DNA of 64,000 bases from NCBI GenBank assembly GCA_041697335.1, contig JBGUGD010000007.1, positions 32,001 through 96,000 of the forward strand, given 5' to 3'. Position numbers and translations under genes: made by a program. The notes under the pieces are model-generated. The model was not told the origin of the DNA, did no database searches, and saw only the letters and a program-made list of their open reading frames with translations. This DNA comes from Vampirovibrionaceae bacterium NZW_1234. Its GTDB lineage: Bacteria > Cyanobacteriota > Vampirovibrionia > Vampirovibrionales > JAGQHJ01. This document shows positions 1 to 9,199 of the stretch, piece by piece. Numbering within the stretch: the stretch's first letter is position 1; the number at the start of each line of letters is the position of its first letter.

Positions 1-2244
1 AATTCGCTTTCAACGATGCATCCGCAAGCCTTGCAATATGTCCCTCATGTCTCCGGGTTGCTGGGGATTACCTTGTCGAAAGAGGAGCGGGATTATATTC
101 TGTGGTTTCGCCCTGAGGTGGTTCAAACCGTGAACTGGGCCGGTGATCCGGGTAACGTTGCTACGTACAATCCCGCAGAAGGTCGGCTCTCTCCTCGCAG
201 GTCCTTTGAGTTATGGAAGGAAAAAGTTCGTGGGACCTGCCAACCATGGCTTCCTGCCGAAGTTGACATTGCTCTGGATTTTCGCAAGATCATCCTGAAC
301 ATCATTTTTCGTCGTGTGGAAGAATTGAACCGGCTATCCAAAAAGCTTCGGGAAAGCGAGGAACGCTATCAAAGAGCCTTAACGGCTTCTCGGGACGGTG
401 TGTGGGAATGGAACCTGAAGACCGATAATATTATCTGGAACGACCGTGCCGCCGCCATTCATGGCTATTCGCTCGGCGAGCGGGTGACATTCAGTAGCAG
501 GCTGTTTTTTAATCAAATTCACCCGGACGATCGTCCGACTGTTCAACAGGCATTCCACCAGCATTTTAAAGGGGGGACGTCCACGTGTGAAATTGAGTAT
601 CGTGTCCTGAATAGGCAGGGGCAGTACATTTATGTCAGTAACAAGGCGATTGCCCAGCGCGATGAATTTAAAGAACCCATCCTGGTTACTGGGACCATTT
701 CAGATATTACAGCCCGGAAGACGGCTGAGGAAAGTTTGCGAGAAAGTCAGGTCCGCTCTCGTAAAATAGTCGAAGCCTCGATTATCGGTATTTTGTTTGC
801 GACACCTGAAGGGGCTATTGTTGATGCCAACGAAGCCTTTTTAAATATGATTGGGTACTCTCGCCAAGCCCTGGATGCCGGGTGTATTCGCTGGGATGAA
901 TTGACGCCGCCCCAGTATGCGGAGCTGGATGCCCAAAAATGGCAGGAGGTAATACAAACGGGACAGTGTGCGCCTTACGAGAAGCAATATATTCACAAGG
1001 AAGGGTACTTGATTGATGTGTTGATTGCTGCTGCACTAATTAGCTCAGCTGTTCCGACCACATGTATTGCTTATGTTATTGATATTACAACGCAAAAGAA
1101 GGCAGAAGAGACGCTTCGCACCAGTGAAGCTCGCTTTCGAGCGTTGGTCAATGCCATTCCTCAAATTGCCTATTCCGCTGAACCCAATGGGCATATTGAT
1201 TGGTACAACGATCGATGGTATGTCTTCTCGGGGTTGTCTCCTGATGATCCAAACGGTCAGGCGCTGATTACCGTTTTACATCCGGATGATTTGCAATCGT
1301 ATCTGGAGACGTGGCAAACGGCTGTGGAAAAGCAAACCATCTTTCAAGGGGAGTATCGTTTTTGGGATGCAACCCTGCAGCAATGGCGCTGGCATCTGGG
1401 CCAGGCAACGCCCTTGCGGACGGAAGATGGCACCATTTTAAAATGGTTTGGAACGTTTACGGATATTGAGCCCATCAAGCAGGCCAAAGAATTGGCCGAA
1501 GAGTCCAATCGTCGCAAAAGCCAGTTTCTGGCCAATATGTCTCATGAGTTGCGCACCCCGTTGAATGCCGTAATTGGCTATTCGGAGATGATGTTGATGG
1601 GGCTTGCCGGAGAGATGAGCGGCAAGCAGCAAAAATACACCCAGAATATTTACATGAGTGCCAAGCACCTCTTGGACATGGTGAATGACATTCTTGATCT
1701 GTCCAAGGTTGAATCGGGCCATGTGTCTTTCCACCCGGTGCCGATCAACATTCAGGAGCTGGTTCAGGAGTTGAATGATATTTTGATGAATTTGGCAAAA
1801 ACCCAGGATATTCGCATGACGTTTGAGGTCGATCCGTCACTGACGGTGATTCATGCCGATCCCTTGCGTTTGAAGCAGGTGTTTTTTAATCTCATCAGCA
1901 ATGCCATTAAGTTCAACAAACCGCAAGGTCATGTTAAAGTTCGCCTTCGCCAGTCCCAGGATACGGATTCGGGTTGGATGGTGGTTGATGTAGAAGACAC
2001 CGGAATTGGCATTCCTCAGGATAAAATTAAAAACTTGTTTCAGGAATTCTACCAGGTGGACTCATCGAAAAGTCGTCGCTTTGAGGGCACCGGCCTTGGG
2101 TTGGCCCTTACAAAACACCTGATTGATCTCCAGCATGGAACGATTACGGTACAAAGCACGGAAGGCGAGGGATCCTGCTTTAGCTTTAAAATTCCCCTGA
2201 ACCCCGTGCGATTTGTCCAGGCCGAAACCTCCTCTTCAGCTTGA
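1..2244 (+). CDS. Phytochrome-type sensor histidine kinase, 5' truncated (PHY domain, 3 PAS, HisKA, HATPase)
   Basis: Frame is open from base 1. PHY tongue motifs WFRPE, WAG and LSPRRSFELWKE (PRxSF); three PAS/PAC repeats; H-box MSHELRTPLN; N-box NLISNAIKF; DTGIGI and GTGLGL boxes. The chromophore-binding PAS-GAF part lies outside the window. Confidence 0.88.
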   Translation, partial: NSLSTMHPQALQYVPHVSGLLGITLSKEERDYILWFRPEVVQTVNWAGDPGNVATYNPAEGRLSPRRSFELWKEKVRGTCQPWLPAEVDIALDFRKIILNIIFRRVEELNRLSKKLRESEERYQRALTASRDGVWEWNLKTDNIIWNDRAAAIHGYSLGERVTFSSRLFFNQIHPDDRPTVQQAFHQHFKGGTSTCEIEYRVLNRQGQYIYVSNKAIAQRDEFKEPILVTGTISDITARKTAEESLRESQVRSRKIVEASIIGILFATPEGAIVDANEAFLNMIGYSRQALDAGCIRWDELTPPQYAELDAQKWQEVIQTGQCAPYEKQYIHKEGYLIDVLIAAALISSAVPTTCIAYVIDITTQKKAEETLRTSEARFRALVNAIPQIAYSAEPNGHIDWYNDRWYVFSGLSPDDPNGQALITVLHPDDLQSYLETWQTAVEKQTIFQGEYRFWDATLQQWRWHLGQATPLRTEDGTILKWFGTFTDIEPIKQAKELAEESNRRKSQFLANMSHELRTPLNAVIGYSEMMLMGLAGEMSGKQQKYTQNIYMSAKHLLDMVNDILDLSKVESGHVSFHPVPINIQELVQELNDILMNLAKTQDIRMTFEVDPSLTVIHADPLRLKQVFFNLISNAIKFNKPQGHVKVRLRQSQDTDSGWMVVDVEDTGIGIPQDKIKNLFQEFYQVDSSKSRRFEGTGLGLALTKHLIDLQHGTITVQSTEGEGSCFSFKIPLNPVRFVQAETSSSA

Positions 2245-2281
2245 AGGGGGAGGGGCAAGAGCATGGGCAAGACAAGCAGGA

Positions 2282-4675
2282 TTATTGTGTGGGGCTCTCA
2301 TCTGCCAGATATCGTATTGTATTGATAATACTGTCCGGATTTAACGAGATGGAATCAATCCCCGCATTGACCAGAAATTTCGCAAATTCAGGATAATCAC
2401 TGGGGGCTTGGCCACAAATCCCGACCTTGCATCCTGCCTTTTTTGCAGCCTGGATGATGTGTACAATCATTTTGTTTACCGCGTCGTTGCGCTCATCAAA
2501 CAGATAAGCCAAATCGACGGACTCCCGATCGATGCCTAAGGCCAGCTGGGTCAGATCGTTGCTGCCAATGGAAAACCCATTAAACAGCGTGGCAAATTCT
2601 TCGGCCAGAATGACATTCGACGGGATCTCGGACATCATATAGATTTCCAGGCCATTTTGGCCTTTGACCAAGCCATTTTCTGCCATCACTGCCTGGACCT
2701 TATGCGCCTCTTCCAGGGTGCGGCAGAAGGGGATCATGACAATGACATTGGTCAATCCGGCAATGTCTCGAACCCATTTGATGGCTTTACATTCCAAGGC
2801 AAATCCTTCCTGATATCGGGAGCTGTAATATCGGGAGGCGCCTCGAAAGCCAAGCATTGGGTTCGCTTCTGGTGTTTCAAACTGGGCACCTCCAATCAGG
2901 GCGGCATATTCATTAGTTTTAAAATCACTGGTTCTGACAATCACAGGCTGGGGATATCGCGAGGCGGCAATCTTGGCGATTCCCAGAGCGAGCTGTTCAA
3001 CAAAGTAATCTGATTTGTGGGCATAGCGTTGGGTTAAATGCTCAATTTGTGCCCGGACGTGTGAGTCTTCCAAGTGGTCAAAATTCACCAGCGCCATGGG
3101 GTGGATTTTGATGAGGTTGCTGATAATAAATTCCATGCGGGCCAAGCCAATACCCTGGCAGGGCAAATCCCACCACTGCAGGGCACTGGAGGGATCGGCT
3201 ATATTCATCATGATGTTGACCGGGCTGGTGGGAATCGAGCCCAGATCGAGGGTTGTTTCTTCATAGGGCAGGATGCCTTCATAGATGTAGCCTTCCTCGC
3301 CTTCGGCGCAGGAAAGCGTGATCTCCTGGTTGTCTCTTAAGGTTGTGGTTGCATTCTGAGTACCGACGATGGAAGGAATCCCGAATTCCCGGCTCACAAT
3401 AGCGGCATGGCAGGTTCGTCCACCAAAATCCGTAATAATGCCTTTGGCATGTTTCATCAGGGGAACCCAGTCGGGCTCTGTCATCTGTGCTACTAGGATT
3501 GATCCTTCCTGAAACTGCTCAATGTCTTTTGAATTTTCAACAATGCATACTTTCCCTGTGGTGATGGCATTGCCGATACTGATTCCTGAAAGAAGCACTG
3601 TTCCTTTTTGTTTCAGGCTGTAGCTTTTAAGGGTCTTTGTCGTTCGTTGGGAATGAACCGTTTCCGGACGCGCTTGGACGATAAAGAGCTCCTGGCTTTC
3701 CCCGTCTTTTGCCCACTCAATGTCCATGGGGCGATGATATTGATTTTCAATAATGACAGCCCATTTGGACAACGTTAAAATTTCCTGATCGGAGAGAACG
3801 AAGGATTGACGTTCGGTTTCTGAAGTAGGAATATTCCGGGTTTTTTCTTCCTGGGTTTCGCCATAGATCATTTTTTGCTCTTTGGTTCCAAGGGTCTTTT
3901 CGATAATGGGGCATAATGACGAATTGTCCAGCAAAGGCTTGAATGTTCGATACTCATCCGGGGTAACAACGCCTTTGACAATGTTTTCACCCAGCCCCCA
4001 GGCGGCATTGATGAGAACAGCCCGTGGAAAACCCGTTTCCGTATCGATGCTGAACATCACGCCGTAGCCTGCCTTATCGGAGCGAACCATCTTCTGGACG
4101 CCAACCGAAAGGGCGATTTTCATATGATCAAATCCTTTCTCCTCGCGGTAAGCAATGGCCCTGTCCGTAAAAAGAGAGGCAAAACATTGTCGACAGGCTT
4201 CTAATAGCTCCTGCTCGCCACTGATATTTAAAAAACTTTCCTGTTGTCCGGCAAAACTGGCGTCGGGTAAGTCTTCTGCAGTGGCGCTGCTTCTGACGGC
4301 AACATCCGAATTTTTTTGTTGATAACGCTGAGAAAGCTCCTGGTAGGCACTTTTGATTTCATCTGCAATTGCCTGGGGAAATTCTGCATTTAGGAACAGG
4401 GCGCGAATCTGTTTTCCTGTTTCCGCCAAAGAACATTTTCCGCTGTGAAAGTCTGAAAGCGCTTTTTTGATCGCTTCTTCCAGATTGTTTTCACTGGCAT
4501 AAAGCCAGTAGGCCTTTGCATTGGTGGCAAAACCCTCGGGAACTTTAATCCCCTTGCTTTTTAATGTCTGAATCAGTTCCCCGAGTGAAGCATTCTTGCC
4601 ACCGACATCAGCAACATCATTCATGCATAAATCTTCAAACCACTGAATGTAGCGGGTTTTGCTTTTTAAGTTCAT
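2282..4675 (-). CDS. ppsA: Phosphoenolpyruvate synthase (pyruvate, water dikinase)
   Basis: VGGKNASLGE, VRSSATAEDLPDASFAGQQE, phospho-His motif GGRTCHAAI, NPMLGFRGASRY, FSIGSNDLTQ, GICGQAPSD; 797 aa. Confidence 0.96.
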   Translation of the reverse strand: MNLKSKTRYIQWFEDLCMNDVADVGGKNASLGELIQTLKSKGIKVPEGFATNAKAYWLYASENNLEEAIKKALSDFHSGKCSLAETGKQIRALFLNAEFPQAIADEIKSAYQELSQRYQQKNSDVAVRSSATAEDLPDASFAGQQESFLNISGEQELLEACRQCFASLFTDRAIAYREEKGFDHMKIALSVGVQKMVRSDKAGYGVMFSIDTETGFPRAVLINAAWGLGENIVKGVVTPDEYRTFKPLLDNSSLCPIIEKTLGTKEQKMIYGETQEEKTRNIPTSETERQSFVLSDQEILTLSKWAVIIENQYHRPMDIEWAKDGESQELFIVQARPETVHSQRTTKTLKSYSLKQKGTVLLSGISIGNAITTGKVCIVENSKDIEQFQEGSILVAQMTEPDWVPLMKHAKGIITDFGGRTCHAAIVSREFGIPSIVGTQNATTTLRDNQEITLSCAEGEEGYIYEGILPYEETTLDLGSIPTSPVNIMMNIADPSSALQWWDLPCQGIGLARMEFIISNLIKIHPMALVNFDHLEDSHVRAQIEHLTQRYAHKSDYFVEQLALGIAKIAASRYPQPVIVRTSDFKTNEYAALIGGAQFETPEANPMLGFRGASRYYSSRYQEGFALECKAIKWVRDIAGLTNVIVMIPFCRTLEEAHKVQAVMAENGLVKGQNGLEIYMMSEIPSNVILAEEFATLFNGFSIGSNDLTQLALGIDRESVDLAYLFDERNDAVNKMIVHIIQAAKKAGCKVGICGQAPSDYPEFAKFLVNAGIDSISLNPDSIINTIRYLADESPTQ

Positions 4676-4690
4676 CGCTATCCCCTTTGC

Positions 4691-5137
4691 TTATTTCAAG
4701 GCTTCCTGTGAATACTTCGTTTTGATGGATGACATGGGCCCGTTATTGATAATCATAATTGTTTGTTTGGCATGCTTGAAAACATCTTCACTGACACTTC
4801 CCATCAGGAATTTTGAAAGTCCTTGCCTGCCATGGGAGCCCATTATAATCTGATCAATCCCTTCTTTATCGGCGAAGTGGCGAATCTCCTGGGAAGGCAT
4901 CCCTCGAACATACTTTGTCTCAACCACATCAAGACCGGCTTGTTCTAGATATGCCTTTGCCCCATCCAGCACGTGTTGTGCTTTTTCGAATTGATCCGAA
5001 TCCCAGGGCTTTTCCTGAATCAGGTCAATGACGTACAGGAGATAAAATGAGTGCTGATTATTTCTAAAAAGCTCAATCACCCATCGAAGGGTTTTCTTTG
5101 AGCAATCAGAACCGTCAATGGGCAATAGAATTTTCAT
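4691..5137 (-). CDS. Universal stress protein (UspA family)
   Basis: MKILLPIDGS start, IIMGSHGRQGLSKFLMGSVSE motif; GGAGG RBS before the ATG at 5137. Confidence 0.93.
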   Translation of the reverse strand: MKILLPIDGSDCSKKTLRWVIELFRNNQHSFYLLYVIDLIQEKPWDSDQFEKAQHVLDGAKAYLEQAGLDVVETKYVRGMPSQEIRHFADKEGIDQIIMGSHGRQGLSKFLMGSVSEDVFKHAKQTIMIINNGPMSSIKTKYSQEALK

Positions 5138-5428
5138 CCTAGAACCTCCTTCGGTGTCCATTATCTTTCTTTCTTATGGTGACAGGTTTCCTGCGTTCCG
5201 AAATTCAACCTTAGCGTATTAGACACATGGGTAGTATTGCTTCAGGTAGAAGCTCAGAGTTGGGTTTATAGGCTATATACCCCTTCCTGGAAGAGATTAT
5301 AAAGCCAAAGTGCGAGAAGGAGCTTTTAATGCCTGGATGACGGGAACAGAAGTGGGCCAAATAGAAATACACGAAAAAGTCACAAGCAATCTGTTTTGGA
5401 TTAAAGAGGGTTGCTGGACCGTAATGGG

Positions 5429-6442
5429 CTAACTTGCTAATTCCAATATTTTCAACGTATGTAATAAGACGGCCTCTACACTGTTGCCAGCCATACAGGC
5501 ATGAATTCCTGTGCGCTCAACTCGATCGGAGTGCATAATGGACTCTCGAGAAGGTACCAGGTTCGTGCAAGGACCTTGCTCACCCGGTTTACCCTGGCGA
5601 TAATTTCGGTAGCAAGGCTGACAACGCAGGGTCGTTGTATCATACCCAAACTCCGGCTGCCACAGGACACCGTTGACCAGGTTATAGTTCTGGGCATAGC
5701 CTGTTCCTACCGGATGTGAGCTGCCCCATAATATCAACGCCGGCTTTTGAACTGCACGACTGGCATGATTGAGAAAACTGTCCAAACCGATAAAAAGTCG
5801 ACATGCCGCAACGGCTGCAATGGAATGTCGTCGGGACGGACTTTCCAGAAAATCAATCTCGGGCACCCGACGATCACTGGCGCCACCCACTTGTAAAATG
5901 TCATAGCCGGTTTCTGTTTTAAGTTGCGAAACAAGTTGCCGCCAGTGCGACATGGGCCAGTCTTTGTAAGGGGACCAGCCAGTGGTCGTATGGATTAGGA
6001 TGGTTTTATCCAGTCCCTGGGCCCAAGCACGGTGCTCGTCGGTTAAGGTTACATACAAATTATCATGGGGGGACACGCCTGCTTGGCGACAAAATACGCT
6101 TGTCAAATGAATCGCCATTGGGTGTGGTGGGTCTATGCCTTGATGTTCATAGGGATAATACAGTCCCACACGTTTATACGCTTTTTCAAGCGAGGCTGTT
6201 GCCTTATTAACTGTTTCCCAATTGCCGTTAGCTACTGGGACCACTTCATCCAGCAAGGGGTTGTCTTCCAGTAGATCGGTATAGCCCTGAAAGCAGACAA
6301 ACCGAGTCCGAAAGCCTTTTGCCTTCAACTCCGGCAACACCGATGTCGCCATTAATATGTCTCCGAGAGCTCCTGGGCGTACCAATTCAACAATTTTTCC
6401 CTCAGACACGGTGGCGAAGCCCTCGAATAAACAGCTAGTCAA
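5429..6442 (-). CDS. Glycosyltransferase family 9 (heptosyltransferase-like)
   Basis: RPGALGDILM, KDWP, FIGLDSFLNH, LILWGSS and Cys-rich C-terminus (CQPC) typical of GT9. Start codon uncertain. Confidence 0.85.
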   Translation of the reverse strand: MTSCLFEGFATVSEGKIVELVRPGALGDILMATSVLPELKAKGFRTRFVCFQGYTDLLEDNPLLDEVVPVANGNWETVNKATASLEKAYKRVGLYYPYEHQGIDPPHPMAIHLTSVFCRQAGVSPHDNLYVTLTDEHRAWAQGLDKTILIHTTTGWSPYKDWPMSHWRQLVSQLKTETGYDILQVGGASDRRVPEIDFLESPSRRHSIAAVAACRLFIGLDSFLNHASRAVQKPALILWGSSHPVGTGYAQNYNLVNGVLWQPEFGYDTTTLRCQPCYRNYRQGKPGEQGPCTNLVPSRESIMHSDRVERTGIHACMAGNSVEAVLLHTLKILELAS

Positions 6443-6780
6443 GCATTAGTATACCACGGATCGATATACGGACTTTGCGCAGATACTATGAGAATATTGC
6501 TTTCCAACTTTAAAAGAGCATCAATATACCAATTATGACAGTTTTCATTTGTTACACCGGGATTTGCGTTAAATCCCTCTGACCAATGTTTTGTATGTTC
6601 TAGAGACAATCTATGGCAATACAAGCATCATGGCCTTATGGAAAGTCTACGTTTATCCAATTCATAATACTAGTAGTTTTGGTAATTGGCAGCGTAAGTC
6701 AAAGTTTCTAGAATGCTTCCTGTTGCTAAGATTTTACTCGCTTGGCATATATTAGCATGTGACGATGCATCGGGGTTACT

Positions 6781-8199
6781 ATGCTGCGCTTTTTGAAGCC
6801 AAGACTCTATCTGGGGTTAAAACAATTGAAGCATTCCCAGTTGGCAAGTCACCAGACATGGTTCAAGCAGAATCAATACCTTCCTTATGTCACATTACAG
6901 CAGTACCAACGAAACCTCTTAAGCCAGCTTTTAAATGCGGCATATCAATATATTCCGGAGTATCAGTCGAGACTCGAACAGGCCGGAGTCATCCGCAACC
7001 AGATTATTAACTTTGACCAGTGGCCTGAGCTGATGCCCTTGACACGGCAAGATTTAAGTGAGCGAAAAAACCGGTTTATCAATCCAAACGCTGAAGAAAA
7101 TGGGATTTACTTTGCTTCAACCGGGGGGTCTACAGGAACACCTGTTTATATAGCGCAAGACGAGGCTTATCGTGCCTGGTCGCAGGCAGCATACTTTTTT
7201 TACAATGAGTGGTCGGGGTTACACATTGGAACCCCCTATTTTCTACTTTGGGCTTCGGAACAGGATCTGTCGCCTCAATGTACGTCGCTAAGGGAAAAAC
7301 TGCTTCAAGGGTTTTTGCAGGGCCGTCGCATTTTGGATTGCTCACTCACGTCGCCCGAAATTTATGCATCTCTAATCCGTCAAATCAACCGGCAAAAAGA
7401 TTGTGTCCATATGATTGGCTATGCTAAAGAATTGCATGCCTTAGCAACATTCAGCATTGAAAATAAGATGCCCATTAATCGCTCATTTAAGGCCGTTTAC
7501 TCTACCGCAGAGCGCCTAACGACTCGCATGAGGAAGACCATTGAAGAGGTGTTTCAATGTAAAGTCTTCAACCGTTATGGGGCCAGAGATGTGGGGGATG
7601 TTGCCTGTGAGTGTCATTTTCAGCGTGGTCTTCATATTAACCCCTTATTCGCACTTATCGAGGTGGTTGACCAAGACATGCGGATTTTGCCGTATGGTGA
7701 GGAAGGGCAGATTTTGGTGACCAATTTCCATAATCATGCCATGCCCCTTTTACGCTATGCCATTGGGGACAGAGGTATCCTGCAAGCTCCCCGTCGGTGC
7801 GAGTGTGGCCGAGAATGGGAGACCTTAACCTGTATTACGGGGCGGACCAATGAGAAAATTTTGCTGCCCAATGGCAGACAGTTCAATGGTATTTTCGTGG
7901 AAGAAGCGTTTGATTATGTGCCCTCGATCAGAGGCTATCAACTTAAGCAAATTGCTCCGGCTAAGCTTCTTATCCGCCTTTCATCTCATATCGAGAATTA
8001 TGCTGACACGCATGCGCCGGATCTTGAGGCCTTGGTGCACCGTCTTCAAACCTGGACACAGTACCCCCTCCAAATTGAGTTTGAGCAAACCGATGATTTT
8101 GAGAAGACGCCAACAGGTAAGCAATTAACCATTATTCCTTTCAAGGGAACGCGAAGACAAGTGCCGCAAGATTCTCCTGAGTTAATCTTAACTTCCTAA
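6781..8199 (+). CDS. Phenylacetate-CoA ligase / CapK-like adenylate-forming enzyme
   Basis: STGGSTGTP loop, YGARD, PLLRYAIGD, ITGR and C-terminal TPTGK motifs. Confidence 0.85.
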   Translation: MLRFLKPRLYLGLKQLKHSQLASHQTWFKQNQYLPYVTLQQYQRNLLSQLLNAAYQYIPEYQSRLEQAGVIRNQIINFDQWPELMPLTRQDLSERKNRFINPNAEENGIYFASTGGSTGTPVYIAQDEAYRAWSQAAYFFYNEWSGLHIGTPYFLLWASEQDLSPQCTSLREKLLQGFLQGRRILDCSLTSPEIYASLIRQINRQKDCVHMIGYAKELHALATFSIENKMPINRSFKAVYSTAERLTTRMRKTIEEVFQCKVFNRYGARDVGDVACECHFQRGLHINPLFALIEVVDQDMRILPYGEEGQILVTNFHNHAMPLLRYAIGDRGILQAPRRCECGREWETLTCITGRTNEKILLPNGRQFNGIFVEEAFDYVPSIRGYQLKQIAPAKLLIRLSSHIENYADTHAPDLEALVHRLQTWTQYPLQIEFEQTDDFEKTPTGKQLTIIPFKGTRRQVPQDSPELILTS

Positions 8200-8230
8200 G
8201 TCTATTGCTAGTAATACAGAGGAACACCCT

Positions 8231-8656
8231 ATGAGCAAGATGGGTATTATGGGCCCGCATTTAATGTTCGATTGTCGTCAGGTCAACATTGAAAAATGCA
8301 GTGACCTGAATTATATTTGGGAATTTCTGAACACCATGCCGGACCTGCTGGGGATGACTAAAATCACACAGCCCTATGTCTTCCCCTATAGCGGTTTAAT
8401 TCCTGAGGATGAAGGAGTAACGGGGACAGTGGTTATAGCAGAATCCCACTTAGCATTTCATTCCTTTACTCGGAAAGACTATTTCTTTTTCGATATTTTT
8501 AGCTGCAAACCTTTTGATATAGAGGCTGCGAAACAATACGTCTTTTCGACATTTGATGTTCAGGATTATGACGTCCACTACATCGAACGAGGACGTTACT
8601 TTCCTCGCTCAGAATTGTCAAACTATTTTCGCGAGAGCATGATTGCGTTACCCTAA
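8231..8656 (+). CDS. speD: Pyruvoyl-dependent S-adenosylmethionine decarboxylase-family proenzyme (SpeD/SpeH class)
   Basis: GPHLMFD, GVTGTVVIAESH (E-S self-cleavage site), DIFSCKPF, ERG; 141 aa. Substrate not certain. Confidence 0.82.
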   Translation: MSKMGIMGPHLMFDCRQVNIEKCSDLNYIWEFLNTMPDLLGMTKITQPYVFPYSGLIPEDEGVTGTVVIAESHLAFHSFTRKDYFFFDIFSCKPFDIEAAKQYVFSTFDVQDYDVHYIERGRYFPRSELSNYFRESMIALP

Positions 8657-9199
8657 GTGATCATACTTGTGGTGGATTAGTCCAATACTATTATTCACGA
8701 GTTTTTGAGTCTGTTTAGTGTGTATCACATTACTGGTCACAAGTGAAGCACTATGTAGACCCTGTCTAAAACCAAACGTCTGAATTTAATATCTTTTTTG
8801 GGGATTTTTATGATTTTTAGTTAGAGATTCGGTGAGTTCTAACAAAAATTATCCTTCCCTCTTTTTAGCAGCTTTTTTGCGGGAGAGTTACCCTTCTGGT
8901 TTCCTCCTTTTCTGGGCTAGTATCCTATTTTTGTAGGCTGTCTTTACTATCAGGCAAAAGACTAATTTCTTAATAAATATCTAATTATAAATAAACAATT
9001 ATTATTTCATCTTGATTTTTGAAACCTCCAAGACCCTCTTCCCTCCTGGATTATCTGTAGATTTGAGGTTCGAGCAAAGAAATTTGATACTGATTTCTGT
9101 TAAGTAGTTGAGGAATATCTGACACAAAAAAATAGATACCCGTTTTTATATAAACACGGATAGATTAAAGGGTTATTGGGCACTAGGTCGGAGGATGAT

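Noticed and set aside
8657..9199. AT-rich gap as ncRNA, riboswitch or hidden gene
   Set aside because: No recognisable RNA motif, convincing ORF or long stem; likely promoter or spacer DNA. An Rfam search would be needed to exclude it.
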